Shown here piece by piece: positions 38,673-52,200 of a stretch of 64,000 bases of DNA. Source of the DNA: Azolla caroliniana (Eukaryota > Plantae > Polypodiophyta); NCBI GenBank assembly GCA_043228905.1, contig JBHGNT010000003.1:620001-684000 (forward strand), read 5' to 3'. The notes under the pieces were generated by a model. That model was not told the origin of the DNA and did no database searches. It saw only the letters and a program-made list of their open reading frames with translations. The position numbers were made by a program, and so were the translations under genes. Numbering within the stretch: position 1 is the stretch's first letter; each line of letters starts with the position of its first letter.

Positions 38673-40281
38673 CAGGTTTTGTAGTTTGTCAAGATTGGAA
38701 ATTGTAAATATATAATTGTATTGTATTAAAAAATTTCTAACTACATGTCCCATATTTTCTTCCAAGTAGTGGTCAGTTGGGACAAAACCTAGATGCATAT
38801 TATTAACAAAACAATGAATTTCTGTACACCGTTTGTCATAGACACAATAAGCAAATATAGCACAACATTAGAGCATTTTTGGATAAAACTCAAATCCAAT
38901 CAATGGTCAATTGTTGTTGATTTTAAAAGATTCTCCAATATGTACATCTAAAACTCCAATATTTTAAAGACTTTGCATTGAATGAGTCTTTAACACATCG
39001 TCACTTTAATAATGCTTCACACAAACTTACTCAAAATTTCTACTTGGTTTTTCCTAACAATGGCACTTGTATAAAGTGCATATTCTTTTCATCTGCATAC
39101 TCTCAAACAAATAAAAGTATTCCCACTCATGTAACATGGAAAGATAATAATGTTTCGCTCTTAATGATAAGATATTATACTATACTCAAGAAATGTAATC
39201 ATTTGATTGCTCCCATTCAAAAAGAGGAAATAAATCTTGAGAAAGTGAGGAAGCATATGTCAATCTTCGTTCAAGTATTTGCAAGTGGATAAAATTCAAT
39301 CCATTACAACTGTGTAATAATCAATTCTAATGATTAATAGCAATCTTTTGCATCTTGCAATGTTGTGCTCAATGCTTACTAAGCTTATATGGAAGATAAC
39401 CATCTAAAATGCTTTTTTCTTGTTCCCATGAACTATATTACATTTCTAATGTCATTAATGCACATTGTTAACACGCCATTGCAAGCTCCTTATGAGCTCT
39501 TGCTCTTCTAGTTTGGTGTTCACATCTAGCATATATGATGGATTAAACAAATTAGGTACAGAAACATTTGTAGACTGAAGCCATTCATCTACTTTTTGTT
39601 TGTTTACAAAACAAGAGTTATCCTTAGCTGAAATGGTCAATCGTTCATGAATCCATGCATAAATAGACTAGGACAAATTGATGTAATATGAAGTCCCATG
39701 CTTTAATTTTAATGTCCATTAATAGATGGTCATCCTCAAGTTAAAATGCCTGTTTGTGACCTATTTAAGTCTGAGGCAAATTCACAATAATGGGCGTTGG
39801 CATAGACAATAGTTGCAATGCATACCATGCTCTATATCATGACGCATCCATTTCCCACTTGTTACATCGAATCTAGATAATGAACTACTCTCTACCAGCC
39901 AGATAAATCATAAAATGAACATTGGATTAACACATGGATATGGAATGCATAGCAGATCATTTGGACCAAGCAAAAAAACCTAGAATTATGTAAGGCCTAA
40001 ACAATATGGAATTTTTTTTGTTGGAAAGATATTGAGAATGATGTCCACAGTACACTAAACGATGTCCAGTCCACAAATAACACCTACAATTATATTAGGT
40101 CTCATGTAGTGATTTAGGGAAATCACAATCAAGATGAATTACCTATATCATGAACATAAGAAATAAACCTTGATGCATAAATAAATAAAGGTTACAGAAG
40201 CCTTACCAAGGCTAAGGAGAGGAATTAATGGTGAGTTTTGACCACATTAATGTGAGGTAGAGAAAAATGTTTCACTCTATT

Positions 40282-43200
40282 TTATATAGAACTTATATCA
40301 TTCATTTTTGTCTTCTCACCACATGTATGAGCAATTTGGAAGGCTGCAAATAGCCCACTATAAAGATCTTTCCATATCTGATCAACATCCTCTAACCCCA
40401 CTGATACCCTAAGAATGCCATCCTTAATACCAAGCTTTTGTCGCAGCTCTACACTTAAACATTTATGTGAGCTTGTTGCTGAGTGTGAAACTGTAGTTGA
40501 AGTGCCACCAAAACTTGGTGAGAGTTTGATTAGCCTGAACACTTCAATAGCTTTCTTGGCCCCTTCTAATTCTCCATAAACTTCAATGCATATGATTGCA
40601 CACAAGGGTGCTGAGAACGTGTGTAAAACTAGTCCACTCTCTTTACAACGCAATGCAAGTGTGCTCGCTGAAGCCCATGCTCGCTCCATCCGCACCTAAC
40701 CGCATAAAGAAATTACACACATAATTAGAATCATATTCCCACCAGTTCATCATGGCTCAGGGAGTAGCTCAATTCATTTGTAATTGAAACTTCACTATTG
40801 TCAATGGATTCATATCGAACATTGACGTTTCCACTCATTTGAAGGGATTCTGAGGACCATATATACAGTCTTCTTTCAAAGAGATCAGCAAGACCTAATA
40901 CCGCACATATAATCAGTGTCTTGAGGAGTAGCTTGATTAACCTTTGATTATCTGTCTACATACTCCCAATCAAATCGAACGTTCAGGTTTCCAATCACAC
41001 AATCTTTACAAGCTTGCTATCTTTCAGTGTCCCCTTATTTGTAGCAAGCTAGATTAAACACACATTTTCAACCTACTTCCAGCCCAGAATGAAAATTGAG
41101 GATTTTAATCATGTAATCTTTTACAGGCTTACTATGTTTCAAATTAGTATGGTCATGTCCTTTTACTATCCACAACTTCTGCATATCGTGGTCATGTCTG
41201 GCCAACTTTGCAAATGATAAAATTGGTTTACTTTGTATTTTGCTTTTACATTTTATCTTTCATACTTTTTTAATCCCTTTTCTTTTCGCTTTATTTTTTT
41301 CTCTTTTCTTCTCTCCAAGCAATGGCTCATAATAAGAAGAATGGACATTAACATCACCTAATTAACATCAGGAAGACAACCCAATCCCAAATCCCTTTCT
41401 ATAGGGTTCATCTTGGGATCATCAGACCGTCCTCTGTCCTGATTGAAATCATTACAGACACTGCACCCCCAATATGAGGAAAGCGAGCCACCAGGCATGC
41501 AAGTGAAGAAACAAACCAAGAATCAGATGATGATGAAACAAATCAAGAATCAGATGATGATGAAACAAATCAAGAATCAGAAGAAGATGAGTTTACAATC
41601 ATCAAACAAGAGCATAGCAGAGGGTCCACAACAATCTGGATTCCAAGATCTGGAGTTTCGACTATCCAACAAGGATGAAGAGAAGTACATACAAATACAA
41701 GGGCAAGAGCACCAGCCAATGGAGAAACTTGGGATTCTAAATGTTAAATTGGGAATGCAACCCCTCATCACCTCATGCAATCATCAATGTCCCCCAACTG
41801 GTTGTCCAATGGAATCAACACACAACATTTGGCGTGAGGAGATGGAAGCTGTAAACCCTACTATTGATCTACAAAATGCAAAGTCTGTACCCATACCACC
41901 TCGAAGACCATAGGCAAAAAAGAGCTACAAGATTACAGCTCTGAGACAATTCCACTTCTTTTAGAAGCCAGTGGATCTCCTACTTCTGAAAATGTCCTTC
42001 CCACAACTAGTGCAAGAGATCCACAAGGTTACAGTGAGATCCTATGGAGGCAAAGTCTTGCACTAGGGGGCATTGCAAGAAGCACGGGAGCACTTTTAGT
42101 GACCATTGTGTCATTCATGCAAAACAGGTTGCCATCGCTCTTTCAGTTTGCTTTATCCTCTTTTTGTACTTCCAGGATTAATAGCATTATAATTTTCTAT
42201 AAATATCATACAATTCAGTTGAATTATACTTTTGTTTTGCAAACATATATTTACATTTGTTTAACCATGTTTAGATTATAATAGCTTTAAAATAACAATA
42301 ATAATCCAGAATCCCTACATCAAAGTATGTTACAACAAAAAAATATCATTCTAGAACATGGTGACTTTGCCCTGTTCCAGAATTGCATTTTGGTTTAACC
42401 TAATAGGCGTAAAACTTGTAGAAACATCATTTATGTACAAGTTTATATATGTATAACAAAAATAAAAACAATTCTAGATCAGAGTGATTTTGGTCCCTAC
42501 ATTGATCAATGTAAGGGCTAACATCATCCTATTCCAGAATTTGTTTTTTTAGATTTAAAACAAAATTTCCTTTTGCTATTTTGACAAGTAAACATACAAA
42601 GCTTTAATCTTTGTTAGGTCTAATAGGTCAGGTTGTCTACTTTGAATATCATGACCTTCTGGTCATTTCCTTGCCTGCATGTTGTCTGTCGTCTTGACTC
42701 AGGCATTATTCTGATCAGTGACCTATATCCAATGGCTATGAAGGTACTCAAGGTTGGCACTTACGTGATCAAAAGAACTTGCTGAGCATGGAGATGTTCA
42801 TTGTTGGTATGCTGAAATGCAACAATGGTTTGAATCATATGGCCTAAGCATAAATGCACTACCCTTGTGGTTAGTCAACTTGTTGGAGGGTGGCAGCTCC
42901 AGACCTGTGCTCTCTTTCAACTTTATTATCTCTGTACTACATTCTCTCTTCCCAGATTCTTCTCTCTCTAGAATCTGCAACTCTTTAAATGCCTTCTCTC
43001 TCTAGAATCTGCAATGCTTTAAATGCCTTTTGTCTCTTCCACTTTTTCCAAGATATTCCCTTTTTATTCCTAGTTTATTGTACCTGTTTGGTAGTACAAG
43101 AGTCTCTTAACTACCAAACAACCATTCCCAATTTTGTATAAATAGGCTTATACTAGCCTCTTTTGTAATAAGATTATTTTCTGCTGCTACTTAGAAACAA

Positions 43201-46200
43201 GCACAACTCTTTGGCTGTGTCTCTACTCTTTGCAACCATTTTTTCTATTGCTGTCTAACAGCCTTCTCACAGCTTGGCTGTGTCTATTTTGTTCTAACTC
43301 TTCAGCTGCTGCTATTAACAGCTTTTCTCACATGGTATCAGAGCAGTGAGGTCTCCATACCCTCAGCCTGATTTTTTTTGCCAAAGAGCACACAAACCTA
43401 TCTTCTTTTATCCCTCCCTCCCAACCCTATAGAGGAGGTTCTCTTAGCAGCCATGCTCCCAACCTCCAAAGGAGGTTCTTCTATTTTCTTTTCCCCTCAT
43501 TTGAGCCTCACCTAGCATCTAGGGAGAAGTAGAACGACCCTGAGCATCTACTTACAACTGCAAATTGTCCAGTTGTAGCTCAAGAGGAGGATATCCATGG
43601 CCTCACATACCACCATTGTTTCATCAACCATTCCCCAACTCCCCAAAGAGTCCATCTTGGATGGGAACAATTACTTGGATTGGGAGCTGCAAATAAAGAC
43701 CTTGCTACAATACCATTGTTTATGGAATGTAGTCAATGGTACTGACAAGAAACCACCAGCAACTTCATCCTCTTCAACCAAATCAGTTGCTGGTTCATCT
43801 AACACTGAGACTGAAGCTTGGCTAGATAAGGATTCTCGTGCCCATGCTTTCCTCATGTTTAATATTAAACCGAGCATCGCTCGTCAATTTCAAGATACAG
43901 ATGAAGAGACAGCCAATGAACTATGGACATCCATCAGAAAGAGGTACCATCGAGCTAATCATGCTCAAATGATAGCTATTGAGAACCAACTAGTTAATCT
44001 CAAGATTCATGACATTCCCAACATCATGGATCAAATAACGCAATTTGTTACTCTCCAAAAGGAACTAGTTTCTTTGGGAAGCAAGTCAACTGAAGTTGAG
44101 TTTGTGCATCGTCTGATGATAAAGTTGCCTGAGTCATTCTCAGCATTTTGTGACACAATTTCTCTTCTTCCCAACACACCTGATATGAATACATTTCTTG
44201 GTATGCTACAAGATAGGGCAACAAGGAAGAAAAGTGCTCAAACTTCCAATGAGACGCTTCTACATGCGACAAGTAAAGGCAAGTGGAAGCAAAATGGTAA
44301 CTCCTACAACAAACCCAATCCAAGACCGCCAAACAACCCAGCTTACAAGGAGCTCACTTGTCGTTATTGTGGCTACAAAGTTCACATTCAGCCAGATTGT
44401 CGGAAAAAGAAAAGGGACAATGCTAAGAACTCTTCTTCTACCAAAAATCAACCTACACCGAAATCCAACTCGGCCCACTCAGCCAAAGAAACAGTTTTCC
44501 TTGGCATTGAGGAACATACTTCACATTTGGCTGGAACAACTACTTCAACCATCGATGAGTGGTTAGTAGATAGTGGTGCCACTTCACACATGACCTATGA
44601 CAAATCCATTTTGCATGATGTGAAGCCTAGCTCTTCCCAAATCTCTATAGGAGATGCCTCAAGCATTGAGGCTTCATGTGTGGGTAATGTGTTTCTTGAC
44701 AATTCGTCAAGTGAAGAACCTATCGTTCTTCAAGATGTGCTACATGTACCTCGCATCTCTACCAACCTACTTTTAGTTTACAAAATCACCAAGCAAGGTT
44801 ATGGAGTCTACTTTGATAGCTCAGTTTTGGAAGTGATTGACACCAACAACCTACAAATTGTAGCTAGTGGCACACAAGAAGGGGGTTTATATCGCCTAAA
44901 AAGCTCCCATAGCCCCTTGGAAAACTCCAAATCTCATCTTCCTCATCTTCTTCAAGGCTCTCATGCCTTGGTGGCACAAGAAGATCCCACGTTGTGGCAT
45001 GCTAGGTTTGGTCATCTCAACTATGATTCTCTTCAAAAGCTATCCTCTTCCCAACTAGTTGAGGGTCTTCCTATTTTCAAATCTCCCAATACCCCATGTG
45101 TTGCTTGTCTTCATGGAAAGCAACATCGAGAGCCTTGCCCTCATGAAGCCACTCACTGGGCAACATCTATCTTGGAGTTAGTGCACATGGATCTTTGTGG
45201 TCCCATGAAAACCACTACTCTAGGTGATGCACGCTACTTCATGCTTATAATTGATGACTTCTCCCGCAAAGTTTGGGTTTATTTTCTTGTAGAAAAATCC
45301 CAAGCCTTCACAAAATTTCAAGAATGGGTAGCTCTCGTGGAGAACGAGACATCGAAGAAAGTTCGAAAGATCAGGTTGGACAATGGTGGAGAGTTTATCT
45401 CCCAAGCTTTCCACCATTTCTACTCTCAACGAGGCATTGCTCGCCAATTTTCTACACCCAATACTCCTCAACAAAATGCAGTCGTGGAAAGGAAGAACCG
45501 GACAGTCCAAGAGATGGCTCGCACGATGCTATCTCAATCTGATCTTCCTCTCTCGTTTTGGGGTGAAGCTGTCAACACAGCAGTCTACATCATCAACTGC
45601 TGCCCAACAAAAGCAGTTGCTAGAATGACGCCTGAAGAAGCATTTACAAGTGTAAAGCCCTCAGTATCTCATTTTAAAGTCTTTGGTTGTGATGCTTATG
45701 TTCACATTTCAGATCATAAAAGGACGAAATTTGAGTCCAAAACCAAGAAATGCAAATTTCTTGGTTACAACACACAATCTAAAGCATACAGGTTATGGGC
45801 TTTAGAGTCAAAGTCCCTAGTCATCTCTAGGGATGTTCATTTTGTGGAGTCTCAATCGGATGATTCTAGGATTTCACCTGAGTTCATGATTGAAATCCCA
45901 GCTCCTTCGGAATCTCCTATTTTAGACAAAGATGTCTCATCTTCAAGCCCCCCATCTCCTCCTACTCAATCTCTAACTTCGCCGACAATTCAATCCTCTC
46001 CCTCAACTCCACTTGTTTCCACTCCCTCTACAAACCAGCTTCCACCACTTCCCAAGTGGCTTCAAGCCACCATTCGTGATTCTCATCTCTACGATGCTGA
46101 ACTTCATGAGTATACATGTGGTTCTCGAACACGTAAGTCACAACAGCCTCCTCACTCATGCAACTTTGCCTTATTGTGCACTGTTGTGCAATCAAAAGAA

Positions 46201-49200
46201 CCCACAACAGCAAAAGAGGCCCTTGTTCTTCCAAAGTGTCAAGCAACAATGGAAGTTGAACTTGATTCCATTGAGTGGAATCATACATGGGAGCTAGTCC
46301 CACGGCCTCTACATCGACAAGTCATTGGATTGAAATGGATTTTCAAGACCAAATACCATGTTGATGGTACTTTGGATAAGCACAAGGCACGTTTAGTGGC
46401 AAAAGGCTACTCACAAGTCGAAGGAGTGGATTATGAGGAAACTTTTGCTCCAACAGCAAGGTACACCTCTATCCGATGTGTGCTTGCACTTGCTGCTCAC
46501 AACAAATGGACCATCTTTCAAATGAATGTCAAGTCAGCCTGCCTTAATTGTGACTTGAAAGAGGATGTTGAACAGCCTATAGGTTTTGAGATTTCAGAGC
46601 AAAAAAACATGGTCCACAGGTTCCACAAAGCCTTGTATGGCTTAAAGCAAGTTCCCAAAGCTTGGCATGAAAAAATTGACACCTTTTTTATCTCTCTTGG
46701 GTTTCAGAACTGTTATGCTGACAACAATCTCTATGTTTTTTTTTTCCCGCTTCCAAGGCATGCCATTAATCAGCTCCTCGGTCGACTCAATGTTTGATGG
46801 CCGTTCTGGAGCTGAGAGGTGTTGGAGGGTGGCAGCTCCAGACCTGCACTCTCTTTCAACTTTATTATCTCTGTACTACATTCTCTCTCTAGAATTTGCA
46901 ACTCTTTAAATGCCTTCTCTCTCTAGAATCTGCAATGCTTTAAATGCCTTTTGTCTCTTCCACTTTTTCCAAGATATTCCCTTTTTATTCCTAGTTTATT
47001 GTACCTGTTTGGTAGTACAAGAGTCTCTTAACTACCAAATAACCATTCCCAATTTTGTATAAATAGGCTTATACTAGCCTCTTTTGTAATAAGATTATTT
47101 TTTGCTGCTACTTAGAAACAAGCACAACTCTTTGGCTGTGTCTCTACTCTTTGCAACCATTTTTTCTATTGTTGTCTAACAGCCTTCTCACAGCTTGGCT
47201 GTGTCTATTTTGTTCTAACTCTTCAGTTGCTGCTATTAACAGCTTTTCTCACAACTAGATGCTCAAATGAGGGTAGCTAGGCCTCTTATTTATAGCGATA
47301 CCCAAGGCCCCCAGGCAAGTTCACACTTGGCCTAATGGGTTGTCTCAATCCCAAGGATTAAAAGTAATCCTCCCCCTTTCCTTACACTCTCATTTAACCC
47401 TCACACATCCACGTGTATAGAATACTACTGTAAATTCTCACCACGGATATTATATGGTCATGCCCGTAACATACCCATTCCAATATAGCTTGGATTGTCC
47501 CTATCTAATGGTTTCTCAAAACACTTTTTAACATGGGGGTTAAGCAAGGATGTCCACTATCACCTACACTCTTTGGTTTATGATTGATAAATTGGAAGAA
47601 GTGGTGAATAGGGTTGCAAGAGAAGAAGGATTAAATGCCCCTAAACTTATGCAACAAGTTATCTTATTGCTTTTATATGCGGATGACATGGTTAACTTTT
47701 CATATGACGTTGATGGTATGCAACGTTTACTTGGAGCAATAGAAGCATTTTGCCAAGTAGCGAACTATAAATGTGGATAAAACAAAAATGAAGGTGGTGT
47801 GAACCAGCCAGCCTCACCAATACCCTATGCTTACATATAAGGAGAACATGTGCAATTTGTACAAAGATTTAAGTATCGTGGTATCAATGTACCTGCCACA
47901 AATTAATGGAGCGTATGCTTTGAGTCTAGACTTCAAGCTGGTTGGAAAAGTTATTATATGTTGGAAAATAAATGCAACCAAAGTGATACTCACGGATGGG
48001 AAGTGAAACTAATGTTATTTAATGCCATGGTAACACAAGTTTTGTTTTATGGAGTAGAAGTGTGGGGAGGCACTATCTCTCTTAATGCATGGAATGAGAT
48101 TGAGAAGATTCAAAAGATGTTTTTAAGGAGAAAATTTAGTGTTAAATCCACCACCTCCTATCAAGTTATGCTCTTGGAAACAGGTGTTCGGTCTATAGAT
48201 ATATTGGCACTACAGAGCATATAGATACATTACAAAAGTCAAGAATATGCCAAATCATAGATTACCACATCTTTGCTTGGAATGTTGGATACAAACTACA
48301 AAAGAATCACAAGAACAAAAAACTCTCATTTGATTGGGTAGTCGACATCAAAAAATGGTTCAAAAGATGAGATATGGAAGATTTCCTAGAGCTTTCAAGT
48401 GATGCTATGAAACATGGAGCTATTGGGGAAAGATTAATGGACCCACTAAGGAAGAGTGGAAAGATGCTAAAAAGATAAACTTAGAATATTACATTGCAAA
48501 CATCAATCCTGAATGTTGGGTTCTATATAAGCCAAGAAGGCCTCTTGATTGTATTCAATCTTACCTCATTACTAATATGAGTATTAACTCTCATAGAGTC
48601 CTAACACCCCTTCCCACTCGATCACACAAAGTTCTAACAACCTAGGTATTGAAACATGAAGCTATTGGGGAAAGATTAATGAACCCACTAAGGAAGAGTG
48701 GAAAGATGCTAAAAAGACAAACTTAGAATATTACATTGCAAACATCAATCCTGAATGTTGGGTTCTATATAAGCCAAGAAGGCCTCTTGATTGTATTCAA
48801 TCTTACCTCATTACTAATATGAGTATTAACTCTCATAGAGTCCTAACACCCCTTCCCACTTGATCACACAAAGTTCTAACAACCTAAGTATTGAAACATG
48901 AAGCTATTGGGGAAAGATTAATGGACCCACTAAGGAAGAGTGGAAAGATGCTAAAAAGACAAACTTAGAATATTACATTGCAAACATCAATCCTGAATGT
49001 TGGGTTCTATATAAGCCAAGAAGGCCTCTTGATTGTATTCAATCTTACCTCATTACTAATATGAATATTAACTCTCATAGAGTCCTAACATCCCTTCCCA
49101 CTCGATCACACAAAGTTCTAACAACCTAGGTATTGAAACATGGAGCTATTGGGGAAAGATTAATGGACCCACTAAGGAAGAGTGGAAAGATGCTAAAAAG

Positions 49201-52200
49201 ACAAACTTAGAATATTACATTGCAAACATCAATCCTGAATGTTGGGTTCTATATAAGCCAAGAAGGCCTCTTGATTGTATTCAATCTTACCTCATTACTA
49301 ATATGAGTATTTACTCTCATAGAGTCCTAACACCCCTTCCCACTCGATCACACAAAGTTCTAACAACCTAGGTATTGAAGTTATATTATGGAATCAAAGT
49401 CAACCAAATATATAGTCATGTAAGGTATGCAAGGGCTAGTAGAGGATGGGCAGCACTTGCTTTTTACATGCTCTGCATATAGTGCAATTTGGGACAGCTA
49501 TAATGATATATATTAAGAGTGTCATACTAAAGAGAATACCTAGAAGATTGAGTTCATATGTGTATGTCTTATTCACACATCGAGACTTGGTGCTTCAAAG
49601 TATGAATATTCCTTCGTAGGCGACACACATCAAGATAACTTTTGTACTTAGGTCCTATGGGTTGGCCTCTCTATGGACGCTAAAAAGATCTATCTATCTA
49701 CCAAAGTGGAAAAGAATATAGAGTGGAAAAGTCCCTATCATATTATTAACTTTGAAATCAAGATAGTGTGGGTCAGCCACAAAACATTACTTGATAGGGA
49801 AGATGGCCCACTATAAGACACTTTTAACACACACCGGAGGAGGTATTCATCATCATGCCCTCTTATACAGACATACATCTATCTTATACACTGCACAGTG
49901 TGATCGGGTCGCTGTGAATTTCATTACATCAGCTAGAGATTCAGGTAGTCAGATATGCATGAATACCTCTAGAAGAATTAATTTGCCAATTGTGTCATCA
50001 GGCAGTGGAATCTGAAGAGCACTATGGTTTTCATTGTACTATTTTTTATGAAACCATTGTCTCTTTAAGCATTGCTTTGGCCTACTACACATAGTACTGG
50101 AATATGAGAACCAATGGTGCATGGGGCTTTTCTTGCTAGAACACAAGAGCCACGAGGAGACATTAAAAGGCAAGAATACAACCACACAAGCTCATCAACG
50201 AAAAAAACCATAACTACCCTATAGACTCGTCACTCCTCATGTTACAAGTAAATCAAGAGCTACAGAAATGGGCTCCTGACCAGGACATTGCAAAGGAGTT
50301 ACCATATACTAGGCAATATCAATTTGTCATACACCAGTCTTGTGGACCATGATCGCAGCACGCTTGTTATTGATAAATAAAGGCCATCATCTCCCACCAT
50401 TGCAGGTGCTTCCCTTGCTTCAGAGACCTCTCCATTCTGGATTAACCAATGCTAGAAATCTTTCGAAGACAAAAATCACAATATGTCTGACTTCCGAATC
50501 TTACATGTACCGTTAACCAGATTCTTTAATCACTTTTTATCTTATTTTGTTTGTTGTTCTTGTTTGTTCTTATAGGCCATTTTGGCCTCTTAAAAAAGAC
50601 GTTAATATCTTCTTTTCTTGTAATAATTTTGTAGGTTGCCAGTTCACATTGTATTTACATCAATAGAATAACCTGTTGCTAGAAAGAAAAAGAACATTGA
50701 ACATTCATTGCCTGTAATGTATGAAGTCCTCGAACTGCAAGCCATGCATCAAATGGAGTTGCAATTAGACCCCACCGTGTTGCAAGACTTCTAGCTCTAT
50801 CAATGTAATCAGGAAAACCCACAATCACACCAGCCATTAGATCATCGTGCCCTCCTAAGTACTTTGTAACTGAGTGGATCACCAAAGTTGCGCCCTGTAA
50901 TTAAAACTCCAAAATTATTTCATTTAATCTCTGTGAAGCTTCTTAAAAGCTGCAAAAATAACATTTTATTCACAGGGGCTTTTCATATGAGCCATTGATG
51001 CAATCATCATGTGTATAGGAGATTCTCTTGCCTGAAAATATGAAATTCCACATTTCAATGTTTCTGCAATCTGAGATGTCATTACTTAATCAATTTCTTA
51101 CTCAACATGAATCACAAAATCACAATAATGACAAGGTAAACAATAATAGTCCAGGAGAAGTAGGCAATGTAACACTATGATCCCTGTCCATGTGGGATCT
51201 TCTTTTGCTGATGAACCATTGCAATGCACTAGTAGGATGCACATTTGAGAAGACAATGTACCATCAATTCTTTAAAACAACCTGGCCATAAGAACTTGAT
51301 ATTTCAACACTGAAGCTCTCCTGCTATGCATGTATGATTAACTGAATGGCAATAGAATCTGGTTCATAACTTGACCTTGACATTGATCTCACACCTAGTA
51401 TCTACCACACTCTTGTCAACTATCAAGGATCTCTTTCCATACTCATTCTCATTAGGCTGTGTTTTGCAGCTCCTCTACCATTCTGACCATGGTCTCGTAT
51501 ACATTTCCTGTTGTATGGTTTCCTATTTACAACTCTAAACAAGGTGCACAATCAGTTTTTCCATAGCATCAAATCATTTGACATCAAATAAGGTTATCAA
51601 GGATCTCCAAGCTCACATTCAGCCACTTCTTTCCGTCATTCTGATGACCTTCATGTCATAAGGCATTCTTTCCATTGGATTTTGGCCGCTTGAGGAGGCC
51701 TCGTCATCCCATTGCAGCCATTTGTCAAAGCAAATGCACGCCCTTTTAACGGGTGACCAATCTGATGTGAGCCCATCATCATTTTGAAGGAGGTTTGACT
51801 CCCTCCTATCTCTCATTCACTGCCTTGAGGAATAATAGGAATTTACTCAAGTCAAGTACTGTCCCATCAAGTGTCAAGAGAAGCCCAAATTGTTTCTTGA
51901 ACTAGTGTTGTGATGCTCATAGCCTTTCTGGGTGACTTGACCGAATCCATTAAATCCTTTTTTGTCATCTTTGAGGAGTCATCCAAGCCATATACTTCAA
52001 GAAACCCTCTCTCGAACTCCTTCAATTGCGGCTTTCTCCTTGCAGCTTGAGGATCTCTACATGTAGGCTCAGCATTACAACCCTTGCAAAGCTACTCAAC
52101 CGCCTCACCTCAATATGTCCCTCATGAACATCTCAACTTTGTCAGCCTCTAGATAGTGCGAGCCATCCACTCATGCATCCTAAGGTGCATGGCCCTTTTG

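Larger units (their letters stand above)
42612..47471 (-). mobile_element. Solo-LTR-like sequence (~484 bp) split by the Copia insertion
   Basis: Segments 42612-42880 and 47257-47471 have TGTTA...TAACA inverted termini and a minus-strand TATA (CTATAAATAAGAGG, ~47282-47295). The flanks (ATCTT / TACCC) are not a TSD. Confidence 0.5.

Noticed and set aside
41443-41913. 156-aa ORF as a host gene
   Set aside because: Non-ATG start, dominated by a 27-bp repeat, and lying antisense in an intron among retroelement debris.
48409-49376. CRISPR-like array
   Set aside because: Units are contiguous 242-bp copies with no unique spacers, there are no cas genes, and the context is eukaryotic.
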